From an uncultured Gammaproteobacteria bacterium (GTDB lineage Bacteria; Pseudomonadota; Gammaproteobacteria; CAWCPV01): a DNA stretch of 64,000 bases. Location of the stretch: the NCBI GenBank assembly GCA_963797555.1, contig CAWCPV010000004.1, forward strand, positions 32,001-96,000, given 5' to 3'. The notes beneath the pieces were generated by a model. That model saw only the letters and a list, made by a program, of their open reading frames with translations, had not been told where the DNA came from and did no database searches. The position numbers were made by a program, and so were the translations under genes. The stretch's first letter is position 1, and each line of letters opens with the position of its first letter. Positions 20,075 to 30,479 of this stretch are shown here, piece by piece.

Positions 20075-21919
20075 TCAGGCCAGCCCACCCGCCGGGTAGC
20101 CCTCTCCACGGTCGTCATCCCCGGCGATGGGTGCCCGCCGTGTTTCCCAGTCGCCCTGGATGAGGAACCGAGCCATGTCATCGCTCGTCATGGGGCTGCT
20201 GAAGTAGTAACCCTGAGCGGTATCACATTGCCAATTGCGCAGCAGCGCGAGCTGTTCTGCGGTCTCCACACCCTCTGCGACCACCTCGAGCCCCAAGGTG
20301 TGCGCCATCGCGATGACCGCCTGCGCGATCGCGGCGTCCGCCGGGTCCCTCGTGATGCTCGCAATGAAAGAGCGGTCGATTTTCACCGCATCGAGCGGAA
20401 AGCGCCTCAGGTAGCTCAACGAGGAGTATCCGGTACCGAAGTCGTCCATCGCTATCCTCACTCCCAGCGCCTTCAGTTCCTCCAAGACGGCGATCGCCGC
20501 CTCCACGTTCTGCATCAACTGGGTCTCGGTCAGCTCCAGCTCCAAGCGCGACGGGTCCAGGCCGGTATCCTCCAGTACCCGCGCCACCAAGGCCACCAGG
20601 CTCTGCTGCCTGAGCTGATGCGCCGACAGGTTCACGGCCAACACCAGCCCTGTCAGCCCTGCGGCGCGCCAGGCGCTACTTTTTTCACATCCCTCGCGCA
20701 GTACCCACTCGCTGATGGAGGTGATGAGGCCCGTGTCCTCGGCCAGCGGGATGAATTCGGCGGGCGAAATCCATCCGCGCTCGGCATGATGCCAGCGCAG
20801 CAGTGCCTCGACCTTGGTGGGCACACCCAGCGTGACGCTCATGAGCAGCTGGTAGTGCAACTCCAGCTCCCGGCGTTCCAGATCTCTGCGCAGGTTCACG
20901 TCCAGCCACATGCGGTCGCGCGCGTAAGCGTCCATTTCCGCGCTGTAGAACTGATAGCGAGCCCTGCCCTGTTCTTTCGCGCGGTACATCGCCGTGTCGG
21001 CGTTCTTGAGCAGCACCGCCGCGGCGTCCGCATCCTCCGGGAAGACGCTGATCCCGATGCTGACGCTGGTGTAGATCTCATGCCCTTCCACGCTATACGG
21101 CTGTGACAAGCCGTGCACGATCTTCTGCGCGACCGCGGCCGCGTCCTCCTACAGCTCGATCTGCTCGATCATCACGGTGAATTCGTCTCCACCCAGCCTG
21201 GCTACCGTGTCGCTCTCGCGAACGGAAGCGGCGAGCCGGACGGCGACCTCCTTCAACAGGCGGTCGCCCACGTCGTGTCCGAGCGAATCGTTGATGAACT
21301 TGAAACGGTCAAGGTCCAGATACATCAGCGCCACCCGCGAGCCGGAGCGGCCCGCTTGCAGCAGCGCATGCTGCAGGCGCTCGCGAAACAGCATACGGTT
21401 GGGCAGACCTGTCAGGGTGTCGTTATAAGCGATCTGGTAAAGATGCTCCTCCCCCTGCTTGAGCCGCGTGATGTCGGAGAATACGACCACGTAGTTGCTG
21501 GTCGCGCCGACATCATCTCTCACCGCGTTGCATCCCAGCCATGCCGCGTAGGACTCGCCATTCTTGCGCCGCCCCCAGATCTCGCCCTGCCATTGGCCCC
21601 CGGTCCTGAGCGATCGCCACACCTGTCTGTAAAAGGCCCGGCCGTGCCTGTCCGAGACGAGCATGTCCGGGGATTTCAGCAGCACCTCCTTGCGGGAGTA
21701 CTCCGTGGTGCCGGTAAACGCCCGGTTGACCGCAACGATCCGCCCACGAGCATCGAGCAGCAGGATGCCCTCGTTGGTATTCTCGAACACGGCCGCGAGC
21801 AGCAGCCGCTCTTCCGCCTGCTTGCGCTGGGTGATGTTGAGGTGAGCGATCACGGCGCCGCCGCGCGCGCTCTTGAGGGCACTCACTGATACCATGAACC
21901 ACTGCAGAACTCCTGACAT
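20075..21919 (-). CDS. PAS-GGDEF-EAL protein (frameshift near 21140; N-terminus truncated)
   Basis: PAS (NRAF...Y...EV, WQGEIW.RRKNGE), DTLTGLPNR, RLGGDEF, VEALLRW, DDFGTGYSSL and AEGVET motifs. Confidence 0.88.
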
Positions 21920-21995
21920 GCGCTACCTAACCGATTGAGAAGGCGCTATAATCGATGCTGGTATCGAAATATAAATACGAGACCAGAGGAATGCT

Positions 21996-23638
21996 ATGCC
22001 AGGCACCATTGAGCTTCCCCTGCTGCCCGAACAGGCTGTGACATTGGGTTTGCGGTTGACGGTCATCGAAACGCCCAAGGAACTCGTGTTCATGAATGCC
22101 TCCGGTCCGTTGATGAGCTGCGCGCGTACGGATACGACGGCTAAGCGTTACCTCGAGGCGGTGTTCATGACGCAGGGTTTAGCGAAGGGTGAGGACTTGG
22201 CGGCGGTGTTGGGTGTTCACCGCTCGACGGTATTTCGCAACCAGACGCTGTATCGCGAAGGGGGTCTTGATGCCATACGCGATGGCCGAGGCCATGGTGC
22301 GCCGCGTCGTGGGCATTAAGCTCACCGATGAGGTTTTGCCGATCGCTCAGGCGTGCTTGGACCAAGGGTGCTCGCAGTCGCAGGCCGCGCGTGCGCTCGG
22401 TGTGAGTGAGACGGCGGTGCGCCATGCGATCAAGACCGGACGGCTGCGCCGCCAGCGGCCTCGACAACACCGCGCCGCGCTCTTGCCAGGCGAGCGGGCT
22501 GAGCGTGACGCCGCGCAGGCCCGCGGGGCGGGTACCGCGGTCAAACGCTTGGAGGAACGCGTCCTCGCCTGCCAAGGGATGCTCGGCGAAGCAGCCCCCC
22601 ACTTTGAGCCTGCGGAGGGCGTGGCGAACGCCGGCGTCTTGCTTGCCTTACCGGCCATGATTGGTGAAGGTCTGCTGTGCCACGCCGAGCGTGTTTACGC
22701 GCCGCTCAAAGCCGGGTTCTATGGTCTGCATTCGATCCTGTGGTGCCTGGTCATGATGGCGTTGTTGCGCATCAAGAGCATTGAGCGCCTGGTGAGCTGG
22801 GCATCTTGCTGGGACTGGATCGCGTGCCGGAAGTCAAAACGCTGCGGCGTAAGCTCGCGCAACTGGGAGCTCGCCAACAGGCGGCGCAACTAGCCGCGGC
22901 GTTGACCGCCCAGTGGGCGCAGGGGGAGCCCGATGAGCTGGGCATACTGTACGTCGACGGTCACGTCCATGCCTACACGGGGCGCAAGCATCCGCTGCCT
23001 AAGACGTTGGTGCAGAAACGCCGCCAGTGTCTGCCCGCCTCGACGGATGTTTGGGTGCATAACGGAGCGGCCGAGCCGGTGTTCTTCGTCACCAGCCCCC
23101 TCAATGGACACCTCTTGGCGCTGATCGAGCAGGAGGTCATTCCCCAGGCGCGCCAGCAGATCGGCCCCGACCGGACGCTGACCTTGGTGTTTGACCGTGA
23201 GGCTTGGAGCCCCCAGTCCTTCCAGCAGTGGCACAGCCAAGGGGCCGAAGTCATCACGTATCGCAAGGGTAAACAAACGCCCTGGGACCCGGAGGACTTC
23301 CGCCCCTTAAGCGTCGAGCACCACGGTAAGTCTGTGACCTATAGTCTGGCCGAGTGCAGCGTGCAGGTCATCGCTGCCAATCGCAAACAACCCGCCTTGT
23401 GGATGCGCGAGATCCGCCGCTTATGCAAAAACGGACATCAGAGCGCGATCCTGACGACCCGGCAGGACTTACCTGCCGCAGAGATCGCCCATCGCATGTT
23501 CGGCCGTTGGCGCCAAGAGAACTTCTTCAAATACCTGCAGGACGAATTCAACATCGACCACTTGAGCACCTATGCCACCGAACCAGCCGATCCTGAGCGG
23601 ATGGTTCCCAATCCTGAGCGCCGAGCGCTGATAAAATC
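21996..23638 (+). pseudogene. Frameshifted putative transposase, cut by ISL3
   Basis: Two HTHs, AGVLLALP, GLDRVPEVKTLRRKL, LYVDGHV, LVFDRE and RWRQENFFKY motifs. Confidence 0.75.
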
Positions 23639-25153
23639 GGCTCTTTCGGTAATTGTGTGGATCGTGGTGGTCGAGTAGCATCCGTTCTGAGCAATCGTCT
23701 ATCACAACATCTTGTGGTTGGGCCTGTGGGGTTGTGGGCGAGAGGCCCGCGAGTGTGGGCAACCGGGAGGTTGTCCACACGGTCCTTGGGACGCGGGCCG
23801 CTCCGCAGGACTCGTCCACAAATCCACAGGCCATCAAGGGGGGAGCGCCATGGAGCCAACGCATCTATTCACGACGGCACTGGGCCTCACGGCGCCTTGG
23901 GAAGTCACCGGCGTACGCTTTGACCCCGAGGCTGGGCGCATCGACCTCGAGGTGGCCTTTGCCAAGGGGAGCCGCTTCGCCTGCCCGGCGTGCGGAGTGC
24001 CAGGCCAGCCGGTGCATGATACCCGCAAGCGCAGCTGGCAGCACCTGAGCTTCTTTAAGTCGCGGGCAGACCTGCACGCGCATCTGCCGCGAGTGCGCTG
24101 TGAGAGCTGCGGCAAGACGACTCAGGTCGAGCCGCCGTGGGCGCGCGCACAGAGTGGCTTCACGGCGCTGATGGAGGCACTGGTGGTGACGCTGTGCCAG
24201 GCGATGCCGGTGGCGACCGTCGCCCGGCACCTGGGCGTGGGCGATGAGCGCCTGTGGGGGGTGCTCGAGCACTACGTGGAGGCGGCCCGCGCCCAGGAGG
24301 ACCACTCCCCGGTGCGCGCCGTGGGCCTGGACGAGACCGCCGCCCGGCGTGGGCAGCACTACATCAGCCTGTTCCATGACCTCACGGGCAAACGCCTGCT
24401 GTTCGCCTGCGAGGGCCGCGACCAGAGCACCGTGGCGGCCTTTGCCGCCGACCTCCAGGCGCACGGGGGCGACCCGCAGGCCATCGAGCAGGTGTGCATC
24501 GACCTGTCCGCCGCTTATCTCGCCGGGGTGACCAAGCATCTGCCTAAAGCCACGGTGAGCTTCGATGCCTTCCATGTCATCCAGCTCGCCAACCAGGCCG
24601 TCGATACAGTGCGCCGCGAGGAGGTCAAGACCGAGCCCGCCCTCAGGGGCACCCGCTGGACCTGGCTCAAAGACGCCCACGACTGGACCTGGGAGCAGCT
24701 CACCGACTTTCACTGGCTCTCCCGCGCCCGCCTCAAGACCGCCCGCGCCTGGCGCCTCAAGGAGGCGCTGCGCGATATCTACGCCACGGCCACCACCGCC
24801 GAGCAGGCCGAGACCGCGCTCACGCGCTGGTATAGCTGGGCACGGCGTAGCCGCCTGCAACCCATGAAGCACCTCGCTGCCACTCTGAAAGACCACTGGG
24901 ACGGTGTGCTCGCCACGTTCGACTCCGGCCTCACCAACGGCCGCGCCGAGGGCATCAACTCCCTCATCCAGGCCGCCAAAGCCCGCGCCCGAGGCTACCG
25001 CACCACGCGCTCGCTCATCACCATCGCCTACCTCATCGCGGGCAACCTGGCCCACTTGCCGGCCTCGCCGTTCAACACACGATCTTGTGTCAGACCTCAG
25101 GCAGAGGCTGCCGCAGCGTAAGCATATCTACCCACACGATTCCGGTAAGAACC
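23639..25153 (+). mobile_element. ISL3-family insertion sequence
   Basis: Imperfect IRs GGCTCTTTCGGTAATTGTGTGG and CCCACACGATTCCGGTAAGAACC flanking an intact transposase. Confidence 0.85.
23850..25121 (+). CDS. ISL3 transposase
   Basis: CPACG zinc finger, GLDET, CIDLS, FDAFHV and TNGRAEGINS...ARGYR motifs. Confidence 0.93.
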   Translation: MEPTHLFTTALGLTAPWEVTGVRFDPEAGRIDLEVAFAKGSRFACPACGVPGQPVHDTRKRSWQHLSFFKSRADLHAHLPRVRCESCGKTTQVEPPWARAQSGFTALMEALVVTLCQAMPVATVARHLGVGDERLWGVLEHYVEAARAQEDHSPVRAVGLDETAARRGQHYISLFHDLTGKRLLFACEGRDQSTVAAFAADLQAHGGDPQAIEQVCIDLSAAYLAGVTKHLPKATVSFDAFHVIQLANQAVDTVRREEVKTEPALRGTRWTWLKDAHDWTWEQLTDFHWLSRARLKTARAWRLKEALRDIYATATTAEQAETALTRWYSWARRSRLQPMKHLAATLKDHWDGVLATFDSGLTNGRAEGINSLIQAAKARARGYRTTRSLITIAYLIAGNLAHLPASPFNTRSCVRPQAEAAAA

Positions 25154-25770
25154 CCAAGCATCTGCCTCAGGCTACGGTGAGCTTCGATGCCTTCCACGTG
25201 ATCAAGCTCGCCAACGAGGCGGTCGACGCGGTGCGCCGCGAGGAGGTCAAGACCGAGCCCGCCCTCAGGGGCACCCGCTGGACCTGGCTCAAAGACGCCC
25301 ACGATTGGACCTGGGAGCAGCTCACCGACTTCCACTGGCTCTCCCGCGCCCGCCTCCAGACCGCCCGCGCCTGGCGCCTCAAGGAGGCGCTGCGCGATAT
25401 CTACGCCACGGCCAGCACCCTCGAGCAGGCCGAGAGCGCCCTCGGGCGCTGGTATAGCTGGGCACGGCCGCCTGCAGCCCATGAAACGCCTCGCCACCAC
25501 CCTGAAAGAGCACTGGGACGGCGTGCTCGCCGCGTTCCACTCAGGCCTCACCAACGGCCGCGCCGAGGGCATCAACTCCCTCATCCAGGCCGCCAAGGCT
25601 CGCGCCCGGGGCTACCGCACCACGCACTCGCTCATCACCATCGCCTACCTCATCGCCGGCAATCTCGCCCACCTGCCCGCCTCGCCGTTCAACACACCCG
25701 CTGGTGTCAGAGATCAGGCAGATGCCCCCGCGCCATAGGCATTGCTACCCACACGATTCCGGGAAGAACC
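25154..25770 (+). pseudogene. 3' part of a second, diverged ISL3 copy
   Basis: Closely repeats 24532-25153 with substitutions and a small deletion; has its own right IR CCCACACGATTCCGGGAAGAACC. Confidence 0.88.
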
Positions 25771-25839
25771 CTTTATGTGCGATCCCTTCGCGCGACCCTC
25801 TTTACGGGCTGCGGGCTAACCCGGCGGGCGCTCGGCAGG

Positions 25840-25877
25840 TTGACTTGCCAAGCACGCGCCATATGCTATTCCATATG
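25840..25877 (+). promoter_or_regulatory. Putative TA promoter with paired CATATG operator boxes
   Basis: TTGACT-16 nt-TATGCT; CATATG at 25860 and 25872; ATG only 7 nt after the -10 box. Confidence 0.45.
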
Positions 25878-26997
25878 ATCGTTGTGCTGGACACGGACGT
25901 TATCGTCGCCGCTGTTGTCAGTTCCGACGGGGCATCCCGTTTCCTAGTGTGCCCGGCATGGGCCAAGACTTGTGACCTGAGAGGAGGTCACCGGAGAGAG
26001 TGACGACAACCGTAGTGAAGCGCAAGGGGGAAGCCGCGAGGCCAACCTGAAAGAAGCGCGGAGCAAAGGCACGAGCGCAGGAACACGAACAGGCAGTGAG
26101 GCCGGGTGCGGGCGATGAGCGTGCTAGGGAACGCGAAATCCAACGGTCACCGAAAGACGCATCAGGTAGAGCCTGGCGGCACGGGCCGAGAGTCTTGGCA
26201 CCTTACCCGGGGAGATCTCCCGAGTGAGAGCTTGGGAGAAGTCAGCAGAGGCCATATGAGCGAGGAGACCCTCTGCAATGGGGGGTGTGGAGCGAAGGGC
26301 CGAAGGACCGAGAGACAGGCTAGTCCGAGCAGACGCTGTGGTGACCGCGAAGTCGTCTGAAACCGAGGGCCGTTGCAACTGCGGCAGCCATCCCTTGGGC
26401 GGTGGAGCGAAAGATAGTGGAGCTATCGGACGCGAGACTGGAGGCGGCAAGGAAACCGTGGCGGAAGGAGGATGAATGAAAGCGCTGAATGAGAGCTTGA
26501 TGGAACGGGTAGTCTCCTGGTTCCATCGGATCTCGCGGCCGCCTGATGGCCGCCAGGTCCAACCGCCGGATGCGGAAAACCGCTTGTCCGGTGGTGTGGG
26601 AGGGGTGACGGGCGCAATCCCGTCACCTCGACCCGATCTTCGGGAGATCGGCCTCGGCCGCTTGGCCGCGGCAGCCTCGGTGCCGCTCCTGCTCGAGTAT
26701 GATGCCGTGCTGAAGCGTCCGGACACGCTGCGGCGCGCTGGCGGCACGGTGGAGGACATGGATGTGATCCTTGATCAGCTGGCCGCGACCCTGCAGCCAG
26801 TGCCGATTTGGTATCTGTGGCGACCGATGGTGCGTGACGCCAATGACGATATGGTGCTGGAGGCGGCGGCTAACGGCGCGGCGACGCATCTCGTGACGTT
26901 CAACATTCGCGATTTCGGGGAGGCGCCGCGCCGGTTCGGTGTTGAACTCTGCCGGCCCGCCGATCTGGCGAGGAGATTGCGCGATGGACAAGAGTAA
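25875..26997 (+). CDS. PIN-domain toxin, two exons 25875-25946 and 26638-26997 (143 aa when joined)
   Basis: Joined sequence MIVVLDTDVIVAAVVSSDGASRFL|LREIG...SVPLLLEY...WRPMVRDANDDMVLEAAANGAATHLVTFNIRDF contains all the acidic PIN motifs. Confidence 0.88.
25947..26637 (+). ncRNA. Group IIC intron with the RT ORF deleted (691 nt)
   Basis: 5' GTGTGCCCGGCATGGG; CTTACCCGGGGAGATCT; AGAAGTCAGCAGAGGCCATA; domain V AACCGCCGGATGCGGAAAACCGCTTGTCCGGTGGTGT; domain VI ending ACCCGAT. Confidence 0.92.
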
Positions 26998-27235
26998 CTA
27001 CGCATTGAGTGCGCCGAAGAGCATCCTAGCGGCGGCGCGGCGCGCCGCCAAGCGAGACGGCGTGAGTCTCAACCAGTTCATCAACACCGCTTTGGCCGAG
27101 AAGGTTGCGGCACTGGAAGCCGAAGAGGTGTTCACGCGGCGAGCCGCCCGCGCCGACCGGGCGCGCTTCCTCGATGTGTTAGAGCGGCTCGGGGGTGAGC
27201 CCCCGCAGGCGGGGGACGAACTGGACGCCGGCTGA
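26984..27235 (+). CDS. RHH/HicB-like antitoxin
   Basis: SNYALSAPKSI..AARRAAKRDGVSLNQFINTALAEKV...PPQAGDEL; overlaps the toxin stop; AGGAG RBS. Confidence 0.85.
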   Translation: MDKSNYALSAPKSILAAARRAAKRDGVSLNQFINTALAEKVAALEAEEVFTRRAARADRARFLDVLERLGGEPPQAGDELDAG

Positions 27236-27417
27236 CAGCTCAAGCTGCCAGCCCGCATACCGCGGCTTCCCTGCCAGCCCCTCGTGCCATCCGGTAAGCG
27301 CAGGCGAATGTTCCGCCCCTCCGCCCGATCATCCCCGCCTGCAAACCCCGCCGCTTGTGTATTACCGCCGCGAACAAGAGGAGGCACAGCAGGAGGGGCA
27401 CAGGGTCAGTGCTCGCC

Positions 27418-28533
27418 TTAACCTCTGGCCGGTGTCCTCACATGCGCGGCCGTGCCGTCGGGGTGAGTGGCCGACCCGGCGGCGTGGATGGGGGAATCCT
27501 CCGCCCCGGAGCTGGGCCTGATCGCCGGCGCTCGGTTGCCGCTCATGGCCTGCCGCGAGAAGAAATCCCACGCGATCCGGGTTAGGCTCGGGCCGCGGCT
27601 GTACGCCCAGGCTTTGGGGTCGTCGTCCTCGCCGCTGTAGTAGTGCCCGCAGCCCAGGCTCTCGCACTGGGTCCCCGACACCGCCCCGTCGTAGAACACG
27701 GTCTCGACCACGGTCTTGCCTGCGCGGTCCTCGTAGATGTCGTGCGCGCAGGAGATGCCCTCGGCGGAGCAATCCTCTTCGGCCGCGGGTGTCCGCTCGC
27801 CCCTGAAGACGGTGAGGTGCGCGTCCCGGATCAGCTCTGCGGCCCGGGGGCGCACCACCTCGTCGTTTCGCGAGTTGACGACGAGCAGCGGAATGGTCCT
27901 CCGGTCATCCAGCTCGCGCCGCATGGCATCGACGTAGTCTTGCAAGGGCTTGAAGCGGCCGGAGACGGCTGAATCCGGCCAATCGCCGTAGGGGAGTCCT
28001 TCCACCGAGGCGGCCGCGGCCCAGTATTCGTTGTAGGCAATGGCCGAATCGACCGCCATGCCCCCGCCGGACGAGAAGCCGATGATGTAGCGGCGCTCGG
28101 GGTCGATGCGGTAGTTCTTCTCCACCTGTCGGGCCAGGCGGTGCAGGTCCTCGACCTCGCCCTTGCCCTCGTGGATGTGGGCATCGAACCAGTATCCCCA
28201 GCAGTTCCGACTGCGCGGCTCGGTAAACCGGGTAACGAAGGGGAACACCACGATCACGTCGTTGCGGTCGGCCACCAGGTCCCAGTTCCAGTCGTCGAGC
28301 GCATCGTCGTTGGTCATCGCGCAGCCGTGCAGCGCGAACACCATGGGAACCGGCTTGCTGCCGTCGTAGGCGCGCGGTACATAGACCTTGTATTGCCGCG
28401 TCTGCGAGCCGGGATGCGAGGCACTCTCCAGCGTATAGGCGCGGACCGTCCCGGTCCCGGTCAGGGTGCCGGCATCGGCGCCGGCGACTGCGAACAGCGT
28501 GATGCAGGCGAGCGATAAGGACAGAACCTTCAT
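27418..28533 (-). CDS. Secreted PHB-depolymerase-family esterase
   Basis: Signal peptide, ALHGC oxyanion motif, CWGYW and lipase box GFSSGG. Confidence 0.85.
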   Translation of the reverse strand: MKVLSLSLACITLFAVAGADAGTLTGTGTVRAYTLESASHPGSQTRQYKVYVPRAYDGSKPVPMVFALHGCAMTNDDALDDWNWDLVADRNDVIVVFPFVTRFTEPRSRNCWGYWFDAHIHEGKGEVEDLHRLARQVEKNYRIDPERRYIIGFSSGGGMAVDSAIAYNEYWAAAASVEGLPYGDWPDSAVSGRFKPLQDYVDAMRRELDDRRTIPLLVVNSRNDEVVRPRAAELIRDAHLTVFRGERTPAAEEDCSAEGISCAHDIYEDRAGKTVVETVFYDGAVSGTQCESLGCGHYYSGEDDDPKAWAYSRGPSLTRIAWDFFSRQAMSGNRAPAIRPSSGAEDSPIHAAGSATHPDGTAAHVRTPARG

Positions 28534-28940
28534 CGCTTTCAACGCTCTTCTCCCTTGCTGGTCGTTGGGCAAGACCCACCGGAGGCGCCCGAGAGTCGCT
28601 GTCCCGTTGGGGGAACCCCAGCCGCTTCGGATACTCCCCCTCGAGACTCGGAAAGGGTCGAGCCCACGCCCATGCCCCCTGTCAGGAGCGCAGCCTGCGT
28701 ACCGGGGCGATCTGCCATCTGGCGTTGCACCGGACGAGAGGTCCGTCACGAAGCCCCAAGGATCCGCAACTTGATGGTCACAAGCCCTATCGTTCGGTAA
28801 CGGTCGTTTACCCGGAGGCTGCGAGCGAGCGGTGGTTGACCTTGGGGTTCGTTCCTCACCCCAGGCCACGCCTCCTTTGCTCCCGCCTTCACCCGAGCGT
28901 GCGGCTCGACCGGTGGCGAAATCGCGGACCGGGCGCGCCG

Positions 28941-30476
28941 CTATGCCGCCGCCTCGGCGCCGCCGCCGGCGGTCGTGAACGGCGGGCGGGCGAGCCACAC
29001 CAGGACCAGCAGCGCGACGAATATCCAGCCCGAGAGCCAGAAAAAGTCGTTGGTGGCCAGCATGAATGCCTGCTGCGAAACGGTCCTCGCCAGGGCCGTC
29101 GAGGCGGCGAGGGGATCGAGGCCGAGACTCTGGAGCTGTTGGAGGCCGTGTTGGCTCATCGGGTTGTAAGCCGTGATGTGCTCGGTGAGGCGGTAATCGT
29201 AGAATGCCTGGCGCCGGTCCCATAGGGTGATGCTCAGGGAAACGCCGAAGCTCCCGCCCAGGATGCGCAGGAAGTTGGTGAGACCGGAGGCGCTGGCGAC
29301 CCGGTTCGCCGGCAGCCCGGAGAGCGACATCGCGATGAGCGGGATGAAGAAGCACGGCACGCCCAGGCCGAACACGAGCCGCGGCAGCACGAGCTGGCCG
29401 AAGGCTACGTCGGTGTCGAAGGAGGCATTCCAGAACGAGACCACAGCGAACACCACGAAGGCGAAGCTCACGATCACGCGCAGGTCGACCTTCGACAGGA
29501 TCTGACCCACGATCGGAGACACGACGAGCGCCAGTATCCCGATGAACGCGGCGGCGAGCCCCGCCCAGGTGGCCGTGTAACCCATCTGGGTCTGCAGCCA
29601 GAGCGGGAAGATCACGACGCTTCCGAAGAAGACCAGGTAGCCGAGGCTGATGGCCACCGTGCCGACGGTGAAGTTGATTCCCTTGAACAGGGTCAGGTCC
29701 ACGATGGGGTTGCGTTCGGTGAGTTCCCACACGACGAAGAAGCTCAGCGTGACGAGCGCGATGACGGCGAGCGTGACGATGGCGGGCGAGCCGAACCAGG
29801 CGAGGTCGTTGCCCTTGTCCAGCATGATCTGCAGGCTCGCCACGCCGACGACGAGCAGTCCCAGACCCACGCCATCGACGGGCAGCCGGGCGGTCTGAGT
29901 CTCGCGGCGGCGGAGCAGGCGCCAAGTCACGTAAGCCGCGAGCAGGCCCACTGGCACGTTGATGTAGAAGATCCAGGGCCAACTGTAGTCATCGGTGATC
30001 CAGCCGCCGAGAATGGGGCCGGCCACCGGCGCGACCACCGCGGTCATGCTCCAGATGGCAAGCGCGAGGCCCTTCTTCTCGTCCGGGTAGTTCATGAGCA
30101 GCAGGCTCTGCGACAGGGGAATCATCGGGCCTGCCACGGCGCCTTGCAGCACCCGGAACACCACCAGCGTCGCCAGGCTCCCGGACAGCCCGCACAGCCA
30201 CGAGAACAGGGTGAACCCCAGCACCGACGCCACGAACAGGCGGACCTCCCCGAACCGCTTGCCGAGCCAGCCCGTGAGCGGGAGCGCGATGGCGGTGCTG
30301 ACCGCAAACGAGGTGATGACCCAGGTCCCCTCGTCCGGGCTGACGCCGAGGTCGCCGGAGAGCGTGGGGATGGCCACGTTGGCAATCGAGGTGTCCAGCA
30401 CGTTCATGAAGATCCCCAGCGACACGGACACCGTCAGCAGAACAAGCTTCCCGCCGCGCAGGCAGGTTTCAGCCAT
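28941..30476 (-). CDS. emrB: DHA2 MFS efflux permease
   Basis: FMNVLDTSIANVAIP, WVITSF, GPMIPLSQSLL and WPWIFYINVPVG motifs. Confidence 0.92.
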   Translation of the reverse strand: MAETCLRGGKLVLLTVSVSLGIFMNVLDTSIANVAIPTLSGDLGVSPDEGTWVITSFAVSTAIALPLTGWLGKRFGEVRLFVASVLGFTLFSWLCGLSGSLATLVVFRVLQGAVAGPMIPLSQSLLLMNYPDEKKGLALAIWSMTAVVAPVAGPILGGWITDDYSWPWIFYINVPVGLLAAYVTWRLLRRRETQTARLPVDGVGLGLLVVGVASLQIMLDKGNDLAWFGSPAIVTLAVIALVTLSFFVVWELTERNPIVDLTLFKGINFTVGTVAISLGYLVFFGSVVIFPLWLQTQMGYTATWAGLAAAFIGILALVVSPIVGQILSKVDLRVIVSFAFVVFAVVSFWNASFDTDVAFGQLVLPRLVFGLGVPCFFIPLIAMSLSGLPANRVASASGLTNFLRILGGSFGVSLSITLWDRRQAFYDYRLTEHITAYNPMSQHGLQQLQSLGLDPLAASTALARTVSQQAFMLATNDFFWLSGWIFVALLVLVWLARPPFTTAGGGAEAAA

Positions 30477-30479
30477 GGC

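Noticed and set aside
26253-26258. A third CATATG box inside the intron
   Set aside because: It falls in a conserved intron segment and a 6-mer match is easily chance; no support as an operator.
27418-29982. 854-aa ORF
   Set aside because: The N-terminal part is an off-frame read of emrB plus intergenic DNA. The real esterase starts at 28533 with a signal peptide.
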